Part shown: positions 24,301 through 36,300 of the stretch, piece by piece
Numbering within the stretch: position 1 is the first letter of the stretch
Layout: every line of letters starts with the position of its first letter
Assembly (NCBI GenBank): GCA_977030845.1
Contig: OZ365112.1
Location: forward strand, 23,560,001 to 23,624,000
DNA length: 64,000 nucleotides
From: Fimbriosthenelais zetlandica
Taxonomy: Eukaryota
Direction: 5' to 3'
The notes under the pieces: generated by a model
Databases searched by the model: none
What the model saw: only the letters and a program-made list of their open reading frames with translations
Told to the model about the DNA's origin: nothing
Translations under genes and position numbers: made by a program

Positions 24301-27300
24301 ATCCCCTCAACCTTGCCTCCCCTTAGTCATTGGCTGTGGACCCATACCTGTACTACCCAATGCTGCTCAGCCCTGGCCACCAAACCTCAATACCCGACCT
24401 GGCAGCACTTACACTGTTCCCTGTGTGGAGGGATGTACTCTTACTTCAGTCACAGTTACCTGCTTAGAAACATTCCAATGGCAATTTACAGGCAGATGCA
24501 CAGGTCAGGAAGGCATCTTCTCTCTCCCTATATTGTAACTCCGAGACATATTTTAATTTACATATGCACATATTTCTTTCATTTATGATATCCCATCTGT
24601 ATTTTGCTAATATTGAAACGGTGTTTTTTTCTTTGATTATGAATATGTTGTGAGAAAACACTAGAATTAGGAGCAAATATAGGGCTGACATTAAATTCAC
24701 AGACTGTACTTACCATACTTCCAGTCATGGACTGTGGACCACTACCAATTGTACCAAATGTAGCAGACAACTGGCCTTTCAATCCTGACACACAGTTTGG
24801 GAGCACATACACAGTTCGCTGTCTGTCTGGGTTCTCACCATCCACTATCACAGCAACTTGTTTATTAACTGGATGGCAAATAGACAACCAGTGTACACGC
24901 AGAGGTCAGCACTTAAAAACTCAGATTTTGACAATTCAATTTTTTCATCATTGGATATATGCACTCCTTAATTCCTTTCTTTCCTAATTAAACTATGGCC
25001 TATATATTTTACTAAAGGCTCGAACACTTAGGCCATAATTATTAAATTTGGCCATCATTTGATGAACCTGATCTACTTCTTACCAATAATGGAGATTTTG
25101 TACTAAATCTATTTCTTTTTAAAAACGCTAATTCTAAGGGTCCATGTTAAGACCATACCCATGACTTTGCCCCATAACAGTCACCGACTGTGGACCAATA
25201 CCTGACCTACCCAATGCTGCACGACCCTGGCCACCAAACCCCAATACCCGACCTGGCAGCACTTATACTGTTCCCTGTGTGGAGGGATGTACTCTTACTT
25301 CAGTCACAGTTACCTGCTTAGAAACATTCGAATGGCAATTTTCTGGCAGATGCACAGGTCAGGAAGGCATCCTCTTCCTGCTATTATTTTAACAATAAAT
25401 TATTCATTCAACTCTAATATCGGTTATGGGAATATATGATTTTCTTCCATATCCTTGAATATTCATCCTCTTGATATTTTCATAACTTCCCACTTGTTTT
25501 CTTGTGGGATTATCGATGCTAGTTCAATTGTATTGGCTGTAGCCCAGTGAAGGGATATTTTGTACATGGAGGTTGATTAATTCTAGTCATGGACTGTGGA
25601 CCACTACCAATTGTGTCAAATGTAGCAGACAACTGGCCTGTCAATCCTGACACACAGTTTGGGAGCACATACACAGTTCGCTGTCTGCCTGGGTTCTCAC
25701 CATCCACTATCACAGCAACTTGTTTTTTAACTGGATGGCAAATAGAAAACCAGTGTTCACGCACAGGTCAGAATTTTCACATATTTTGTTTTATTTTATG
25801 ATATCATTTAGCTGAGTTCTTTCTGTAAATTTCATGAATCGGTTCTTTGATTCTCGCTGATAAACGTTTCATTGGTTTAATTGTTCACCAGTACAGAGAC
25901 GTAGTACCATGCTTTCTTAAATTTGTCCATGAAGAATATGCTCTATTTTCACCCCCTGATAGTCATCGACTGTGGACCAATACCTGTACTACCTAACGCT
26001 GGACAACCCTGGCCATCAAACCCTATTACCAGACCTGGCAGTACTTACACTGTTGCCTGTGCAGAAGGATGTACTGTTGCTTCAGTCACAGTGACCTGCT
26101 TAGAAACTGGTCAATGGCAATTTAGTGGCCAGTGCACAGGTCAGATGGATATCTGATTATTCTTGCAGTGATAATAAATATAGTACCCCAAGATAAATCC
26201 CTAGTATGCCTACTATGCAAATCATTTCTTCAATCCTAAATTGTCCCATACAGAGATTCGTAAAAAGTCATCAAACCACTTAATTTTTTTAGCCATGGAC
26301 TGTGGACCTCTACCAGTTGTACCAAATGTAGCAGAAAACTGGCCTTTCAATCCTGACACACAGTTTGGGAGCACATACACAGTTCGCTGTTTGTCTGGGT
26401 TCTCTCCACCCTCCATCACAGCTACTTGTTCAGTAAATGGATGGCAAATAGACAACCAATGTACACGTAGAGGTCAGAGGTTAAGAATTTCCCCATACTC
26501 ATTGTATTGAATGCAGATTATTTCTCTCAAGTCATAGGATTCATCTTCTGCAAGCTGGAAATGTATTAAATTACGCTGGCAAAAGATTGAAATATCCGGA
26601 CAGTTTGAGAGAATTAATGCATTTAGTGTGTCGTCCTACCAGACCCTTTAATTCACCAAGTTATGTGAATAGTCTAGCTATGTGACATCACTGTGAGTTG
26701 TCTCTATTGGTGGTAGATTATTCTTAAATCATAACTAAAGAAAATTTGTTCTAACCCTAAAACATGCATCCCTACAGAGCTGTACATTTGTTAATGCAAG
26801 GTTCCATTCTTGTAGAAGTATTTGATGCAATAATCAGTCAATCTAACTAATGTGGCAGACTATAGACTAATTCCTTATCAGTGTAGATAAATTTCAGGAA
26901 CCTACAAAGGAAAGCGCAATTTGTTTTATCTAACAGTACAGACCTTTCTCACATGATTACAATACCTCTTCAGCTAATGGTTCTAGATACCTCTCACAAC
27001 TAAAAACCCCTCAACCTTGCCTCCCCTTAGTCATTGGCTGTGGACCCATACCTGTACTACCCAATGCTGCACAACCCTGGCCACCAAACCCCAATACCCG
27101 ACCTGGCAGCACTTACACTGTTCGCTGTATTGAAGGATGTACTATTGAGACTGCCACAGTGACCTGCTTAGAGTCAGGGCAATGGCAATTTAGTGGCCAA
27201 TGCACAGGTCAGGAAGGCATCTTCTCTCTCCTGATATTGTAACTCTGAAACATAGTTATTTCTATTTACATTTGCACATATTTATTTCATTCGTGATATC

Positions 27301-30300
27301 ATGCCCTGCAGCTTTCTTATGCTAATACTGAGACAATGCCTTTTTCTTTTATTATCTATGAATATTTTGTAAGAAAACACTAGAATTTGGAGCCATAGAG
27401 CTAACATTAAATTCAAAGACCGCACTTACCATACTTCTAGTCATGGACTGTGGACCACTGCCAACTGTACCAAATGTAGCAGACAACTGGCCTTTCAATC
27501 CTGACACACAGTTTGGCAGCACATACACAGTTCGCTGTTTGTCTGGGTTCTCACCATCCACCATCACAGCAACTTGTTTATTAACTGGATGGCAAATAGA
27601 CAACCAGTGTACACGCAGAGGTCAGCATTTAAAAACTCAGATTTTGACAATTCAATTTTTACATTCACAAATGTCTCCTTATCATTTAACACTTTATCAT
27701 AATCATGAACACCTTTGTAATTTATGTTATGTAAGTTACCTTTATTACATCTACCCAATCTGGTTCTTAACATTAAGAAGAATCTTGAATATTTCCTTGC
27801 TAAAAATCCCCATTACTACAAGCATGCACATCACTTTACCTCCTGAAAGTCACTGACTGTGGACGAATACCTGACCTACCCAATGCTGCACGACCCTGGC
27901 CACCAAACCCCAATACCCGACCTGGCAGCACTTACACTGTTCCCTGTGTGGAGGGATGTACTCTTACTTCAGTCACAGTTACTTGCTTAGAAACATTCGA
28001 ATGGCAATTTTCTGGCAGATGCACAGGTCAGGAAGGCATCCTCTTCCTGCTATTTAAAATAAAATAGTTATTATGTCATTAAGTGTAATATTGGTTATAG
28101 GAACATTTTCTTTTCTTTAATCCATGTCATTGGCTATTCACCCTCTTAATATTTTAAATATAGGTCCAATAATTTTCACATGGGATTATCCTTGATATTC
28201 AGTTGTATTTTCTCTAGTTCGTTTACAGGACATTATGTACATGGAGATTGATTTTTTTCTAGTCATGGACTGTGGACCACTACCAATTGTGTCAAATGTA
28301 GCAGACAACTGGCCTGTCAATCCTGACACACAGTTTGGGAGCACATACACAGTTCGCTGTCTGTCTGGGTTCTCACCATCCACTATCACAGCAACTTGTT
28401 TTTTAACTGGATGGCAAATAGACAACCAGTGTTCACGCACAGGTCAGAAGTTGAAAACTTCACATATTTTGTTTTATGTAATATCCTTTAGCTGAGTTCT
28501 ATCTGTAAAATCAATGAATCTGTCATTTGATTCTAGCAGGAAACAACTTTCATGGTTTAATTGTTCACCAGTACAGAGCCAAGCATTGCTTTCTTAAATT
28601 TGTCCATGAAGAATATGCTCTATTTTCACCCCCTGATAGTCATCGACTGTGGACCAATACCTGTACTACCTAACGCTGGACAACCCTGGCCATCAAACGC
28701 TATTACCAGACCTGGCAGTACTTACACTGTTCCCTGTATAGAAGGATGTACTGTTACGTCAGTCACAGTGACCTGCTTAGAAACTGGTCAATGGCAATTT
28801 AGTGGCCAGTGCACAGGTCAGATGGATATCTGATTTCTGTTATAATGATAATCATTATGATTATTTTAAATATATTTCCACATATTTTATCTGTCAAACA
28901 ATTGATTTCCTTGATCTGACAGTCTCACATACAGAGCTTCATTATAATTTCATCCACTCCCTGGACTTCTATGTCTTTTAGTCATGGACTGTGGACCACT
29001 ACCTAGTGTACCCAATGTAGCAGAAAACTGGCCTTTCAACCCCGACACACAGTTTGGGAGCACATACACAGTTCGCTGTTTGTCTGGGTTCTCTCCATCC
29101 TCCATCACAGCAACTTGTTTATTAAGTGGATGGCAAATAGACAACCAATGTACACGTAGAGGTCAGAGGTTAAGAATTTCCCCATACTCAGTGTATTGAA
29201 TGCAGATTATTTCTCTCATGTCTCAGAATTAAGCTTCTCTATCTACTTTGACAAAAGACTAGAACATTATGATATTGAGAGAATTAATGCATTTTATGTG
29301 TTGTACTGCCCCAACCCTTAATGCTTCTAGTGGCGTGAATAGTGATCCATTAGGTGGTAGTTTATGAAATCTGAATCAATAGCACCAAGCCCAGCAACTC
29401 CACAAAGGTAAAGAATGCTACCAGAGCAGATGCTAACAGGAATCTATTCTCATATTTAACTGTTACACATACTAACGAAGTAAAGAAAATTGAATAATTC
29501 CTCATTCATACAGAGAGTAGCAAAACCTACATTTCATGTATGAACGAATACACTTAGTTTATTCTCCTCAAATAATAATATTACACCCTGAACTAATGGT
29601 TCTACCTCTTGTAACTAAAAACCCCTCAACCTTGCCTCCCCTTAGTCATTGACTGTGGACCCATACCTGTACTACCCAATGCTGGTGAACGCTGGCCACC
29701 AAACCCCAATACCCGACCTGGCAGCACTTACACTGTTCGCTGTATTGAAGGATGCACTATTGAGACTGCCACAGTGACCTGCTTAGAGTCAGGGCAATGG
29801 CAATTTAGTGGCCAATGCACAGGTCAGGAAGGCATCTTCTCTCTGCTGATATTGTAACTCTGTAACATTCACACGTAATTCTTACATTTAAGATATCCTG
29901 CCATGCAGATTTTTCTTTGCTAATATTGACTCAATACGTTTTTTTTTTTTAATTATCTATTCACATTTTGTAATAAAAATCTAGAATTTTTGCAACAATT
30001 GAACATGCATTAAATTCTAATTACCATACTTCTAGTCATGGACTGTGGACCACTACCAATTGTACCAAATGTAGCAGACAACTGGCCTTTCAACCCTGAC
30101 ACACAGTTTGGGAGCACATACACAGTTCGCTGTTTGTCTGGGTTCTCACCATCCACTATCACAGCAACTTGTTTATTAACTGGATGGCAAATAGACAACC
30201 AGTGTACACGCAGAGGTCAGCACTTACAATCTCATGACAATTCAATCATTTAATTAATGACTGGTTATGACATTCACTGGTAAAACTATACTGAATGAAT

Positions 30301-33300
30301 GAAACTATACCTTATCTATAGTTCTCGCCAATTACAGGGATTTTTTGTACTATATATTCTTCTCGTCAAAAAACGTATTGCTAAGGCCAATCACTTCACT
30401 TTTCCTCCCCACAGTCACCGACTGTGGACCAATACCTGACCTACCCAATGCTGCACGACCCTGGCCACCAAACCCCAATACCCGACCTAGCAGCACTTAC
30501 ACTGTTCCCTGTGTGGAGGGATGTACTCTTACTTCAGTCACAGTTACCTGCTTAGAAACATTCGAATGGCAATTTTCTGGCAGATGCACAGGTCAGGAAG
30601 GCATCCTCTTCCTGCTATTATTTCTCATATCAAAATAATTATAATCTTTTTGTGTTAATCAGCTGTCACATTGGTTATAGGAATATACTGTATTTTTCCC
30701 TCATATTATGCTTGGCTCCCCACTCTCTTAATATTTTGATCTGCCCAATTAGTTTCCTCTTGGATTATAAATACTTGGCAGTTCAGTTGAACATGCCATT
30801 GTACCACCATAGGCTAAAGCATTGTTGTGCATCACAGCCTTAGTCTTTTAGCTCAGTGACAGGACATTATGTTGAATAGAGATTGATCCTTTCTAGTCAT
30901 GGACTGTGGACCACTACCAAGTGTATCAAATGTAGCAGACAACTGGCCTTTCAATCCTGACACACAGTTTGGCAGCACATACACAGTTCGCTGTCTGTCT
31001 GGGTTCTCACCATCCACCATCACAGCAACCTGTTTTTTAACTGGATGGCAAATAGACAACCAGTGTTCACGCACAGGTCAGAAACCAAATTTCACTTTTG
31101 TTATTGACAGTGTCTCGCAGGAAATTACATGTAAACCTTTTTGAATTGTAGTGGAACAAATATGCAATGCACTGACTTTATAGCTTTCTTTTAATTTATA
31201 GTTTTAGCGGATGCTAAACCACTTAATTTGAACTATATCACAGTTTTTTCTCTGTAAAAAAATTTAAACACGGAAACATGCAAATATTGATATGCTTGGT
31301 TTATCACAAGGTGAAATACTAGGATATTCATATTTTTTTCCATTCAACTAAACACCAGCTACCATATTTGTCACTTTTTTGTTATCCGATAGTCATCGAT
31401 TGTGGGTCAATACCTGTGCTACCTAATGCTGGACAACCCTGGCCATCAAACCCAATTACCAGACCTGGCAGCACTTACACTGTTCCCTGTGTAGAAGGAT
31501 GTACTGTGACTTCAGTCACAGTAACCTGTTTAGAGTCAGGGCAGTGGCGATTTAGTGGCCAGTGCACAGGTTAGAAAGTTATAAAGCATTAATGTCTCCC
31601 CATAGATTAATGCAAGCACAATGAACACTACGATGCACTTTGAATACCTTCACATTAAGTTCCTCTTTGATTTTATCCAACTTCACTAACTTTAGTTGTT
31701 ATCTATTTTGATCTTAACAATTCTTGACGACTTTAATCCATGGAGTATCCGGTTTAAGAGTTAGACAGATGTATGTCAATATTGAATAATTAATTTTCTT
31801 GAAGTTATGGACTGTGGCCCCCTACCAATTGTACCAAATGTTGCTGATAACTGGCCAGTGGCTCCTAACACCCAGTTTGGGAGTACTTACTCTGTTCGTT
31901 GCTTGCCTGGATACTCCCCATCTACTATCTCAGCAACTTGTACTCTCGGTGGATGGCTTATAGACAGTCAGTGTACACGCCAAGGTCAGCAAGTATCCAA
32001 CATGGAGTTTAGCTACATTGCTTTTCAAATAATTAATACAGTACTGGTCCATGGGTTTTAATTTTTTCTTAACTTCAGGCTGCATCTTAGCCCTGTTTCT
32101 GACGACACATTGCTGGTACTGATAAGACGTTTTATGCTATATTATGATATATATTTGTTCATGAATTCAGTCATTAATTGTGGACCACTACCCAATATAC
32201 CTAACGCTGCTGAGCCTTGGCCATCTAACCCCAACACTGAGCCTGGCAACATGTATACTATACGCTGTTCTGAAGGATGCACGACTGACACAGTCAGTGC
32301 CAGGTGTTCACCATCAGGCCAGTGGGAACTCAGTGGACAATGTACAGGTCAGATAATATATCATCTTGATTGCCACCAGAGTGTCAGCAGGATAAGGAAT
32401 AATTATAAAGGAGTTCAACAGATATCCAGGGTTGATAATAGTTTTAAAAGAAAAGATATCCGTTGTTATGCCTGGGAAATGTATCCATAGTTTATTTATA
32501 ATTTGCAGCACATAATTCATTCTCATCGTACCTGCGTGCGTTTACTTTTGTTCTGAAATGTCCGTTCCTTGAGTGTGTTTACTTTTGTTCTGAAATGTCC
32601 GTTCCTTTATGTCAAGTCGTCAACTGTGGTCCGCTACCCAATGTTCGAAATGCCGAAAATTGGCCTTCAATCGCGGACGCCTCATTTGGAAGTCGTTACA
32701 CTACCAGATGCCTCCAGGGATACACACCAAATACTATAACTGGTATATGTGGTCCTAATGGAAGATGGCAAATTGATAGTCAGTGTACTAGATCAGGTAG
32801 GACTTGTGGTTTAGATATGCAATGTACATTCTGCCATTTAGACACTTAGTCCATTATATAGTCCGTAAACCTGGCTCTGAAATCTAATATTTGTGACTCA
32901 ATTATTACTTTCTTCATAGTTTCAATCTCCTGTGGATCGATTCCTGCTTTACCCAATACTGCACAGCCCTGGCCATCTAGCCCTAATACCCAGCCTGGCA
33001 GCAGCTATACTGTTCCCTGTATAGAAGGATGTACTGTTGCATCAGTCACAGTTACCTGTACTGCAGCAGGTGTATGGGAATTTAGTGGTCAATGTACAGG
33101 TTAGATCTTTTTTTGGACCATTGTGTTCTTGGGAAAGCTTGATTCTCCATTTGATCCTCCAATTCTGTTATAAAACATCCCGCACCTTTTGACAGTTCAT
33201 GAAGTGACAAAGTCTGACTTCCTTTTCTACAGTACTAAGTTGCGGACAACTACCTAATATACCAAATGCAGTAAATTGGCCATTCGCTCCTAGCACAGAG

Positions 33301-36300
33301 TTTGGCAGCGTTTATACCGTCCCTTGTCTTCCTGGTTATTCGCCACTGATTATCACAGCTACTTGTGGCCTGAGTGGAAGGTGGGAGTTGTCCAGTAATC
33401 AGTGTACATTTTCAGGTCTGATTTCCCATGTTACTCTCTCTTACAATTACTCGCACTGTTTCACTTGAATTTCACAATTTTTCACCCGAGAAGTAATATG
33501 AAATATCCTTCATTACTCTTCAGTTTAAGAATATGAATATTAGGTTGGTGTAATTAACTTTTCTTCAAAAGTGATTGGAATTCAATGCTAAGGATATTTC
33601 AGAGTGTTGCAAAAACAGTTTAAGTATGATTTTTATTTCTTCTCTAGGGGTCAATAATAATTGTGGACCCCTTCCGACTGTACCTAATTCTGTGGGGACC
33701 TGGCCAGTAAACCCTAATACACAGCCGGGAAGCACTTACACTATCTCCTGTACAACGGGTTGTACCTCTCAATCGGTGACAGCCACTTGTTCAGAAGCTG
33801 GGCAGTGGGTGCTAAGTGGACAATGCACAGGTTTGATTATTCCTTAGTTTACTAATTTCAAATTGATTCCGAGGTAAATCATGATATACTGCTTTTTAAT
33901 CACAATTATTAACTAGGATAGCCACACACACTGTTACGTTAAACTTTTCAATGCGGAAATGAAAGATTTCGCTTCCAATAGTCACCGGTTGCGGTCCACT
34001 ACCAACCATTCGCAACTCTGTCGGCGACTGGACTCCCACTGCAAACACCCCCATAGGCAGCAGTTTCACTATAAACTGCGACCCGGGATGCGTTACCAGA
34101 AGTGTGATAGCCACATGTCCAGGTGGTGGGACTTGGTTACTGAGTGGCCAGTGCCTTCCTCCAGGTATACCTTTCAATTTGCTTTAGTTTCTGTCAAAAA
34201 ATCTGCATCTTTCTAAATAGGTTCCTACCCCATAGTTTAACTAATTTTTTAGTTGGCGTTTACATAATCATCAACTGTGGACCGTTACCCGAGGTGGCCA
34301 ATGTGGCAGAGGACTGGCCAACTAACCCTAGCTTAGTACTTGGAAGGCGCCACACAGTTCGCTGTCTTGATGGCTTTACACCTAAGCACATAACAGCGAC
34401 GTGTGGCAGAACAGGGCGGTGGCATTTGGATGACCAATGTACACCTGCAGGTCAGATATAGTACTTTTATGTGTACATGGGTCGGGGTAAGTCTCACATT
34501 GAAAGTACAGTCCTCACGTCAACCAGTTCATTATGTTCCTGTCATTAGTTATTATTAGTTGCTACTTCAATCAACCATAGTCAAGTGACTGCAAAAAGCT
34601 TTTTGCAACTAACATCCTTAGAACACTTTTCACTACGCTCCGTCCGTGAAAGCAGTTCACCAACTAACAACGTCAAAGTCCCACCACTGGCTCCAAGACT
34701 CTAATGTTATCAGTAAGTTATTGGTCAAATGATATTCTAGATATTTCACACGATTACCAAGGCATACAAGTTGGATAGCAAAATGAGTTACCACTGGTTA
34801 AAAATAGAGAAATACCCGAGGAACAAGGACAACAAGGATTTGACACCTAATACAGACTGCATACCCATGGATATTGTCAATTTTCGGTCTAAAGACAGAT
34901 ATCAGATATTTGATCATCGCGCCTGCAAACTTGGAAAATATGGATCATGGATTGTTTTAAGTATTAACCGATAGTGGAGATGTGCAATACGAAACCAAAG
35001 GAATCTGGAAGAGTGGTGTTAGGAACTACAAAGGTGTTTAATTGAGTGTATAGGTGTGTATGAATGGAATAGCTTTACAGGGTCAGTTATGCATGGCAAG
35101 AAAGGTTGAGAATCACATGGTTGCATAGATCAATCTAAATGATTGAGCAGAATGGTGAATAGTTGATACATGAAATATGTTTTTGTTGGTCAGCTTGAGT
35201 GAATTATATCTGCATTGGTGACACATTTGTCCCTTGGTAAATGCATCAAAGACGTTGTCTCCGCTTAGCATGTGGAGTCAACTGGTTGGTACAGCAGTGT
35301 TGTTAGTCTACATACAGTATCTGGAGTATCTGCAATCCAAAGTATCTTCAGCTGAGGCTGGATTTTTCCCTGAGCCTGTCGAGACAACCTGCAGCATTTC
35401 TATCTCAAAACTGAGCTCTGGACGGAACTTGTTGGTCAACGAAGTTCTGTATGCTGTACAATACATATATCTATTTTCTCCCTTGTTATTTCAAGTAACA
35501 ACCAGTTGTGGGATTCTGCCAATTGTGGCCAACGTGGGTGAAGCTTGGCCCTTAAACCCAATCGACCTGCTGGGCCAGAGGTACAGCGTTCGCTGCCTGC
35601 CTGGTTTCCTGCCCTTATTCGTCACTGCAGAATGTACGCTGGATGGTTGGCTACTCGACGGCCTGTGCACAGGTTAGACCCATGTGTAAAATGTGACCCA
35701 AATTCTCTATGCTACCATTTCAAGATGTATGCTTTCATCATGCAGAATTGATTACTTCTCTTTTTGCCTAACGTCTCCATTCTCTTCCCTGCTATACTGC
35801 ATTCTTCCCAATCTCAACTCTGTCAGTAAAAGCTGGCTGGCTTGACTGCCATTTATTTGTAGCATCCCAGATCTCTTAAACCCTTGTAGCATTGAAATGT
35901 GGGAACTAAAAAATGAACCACTGCACGATAGATAACCAAGCAAGCACTGGCAATGTGACACAAATGGATGAGTGTGTTTTAAACAAGGACGGGCACTAAG
36001 ACGGATAATAAAGTGTATCTAGAAAGTCTGAACATAAGTGGATTGCAGGCCCAGTTAGAAGAGCCAGCAATTGAGCTAACAATGCACATTTTGTACCCCA
36101 ATATCTGCCCTATGTTTGCACAAGTTTCCGCACATATATAAATGTTGTTCAATTGCTGCACCTAATTCTGCTGCTGTAAGCTTCAATGGGGGTCTTTCAA
36201 CATCTGTGCTATATTAATCAATCATCTATATATTATAATTGTCCAGGTTTCTCATAATTATGGAGCGCTTACGTCACAAAGAAATGACAAGGCAAAGTAT

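Noticed and set aside
22916-31074. Recurrent minus-strand ORFs (MSICHP..., MREHW...)
   Set aside because: Antisense shadows of type-B exons; they coincide exactly with the + strand exons.
11984-31984. Regularly spaced conserved repeats with variable spacers, superficially CRISPR-like
   Set aside because: Repeats are 177-180-nt protein-coding exons with AG/GT ends, spacers are introns, and there are no cas genes.
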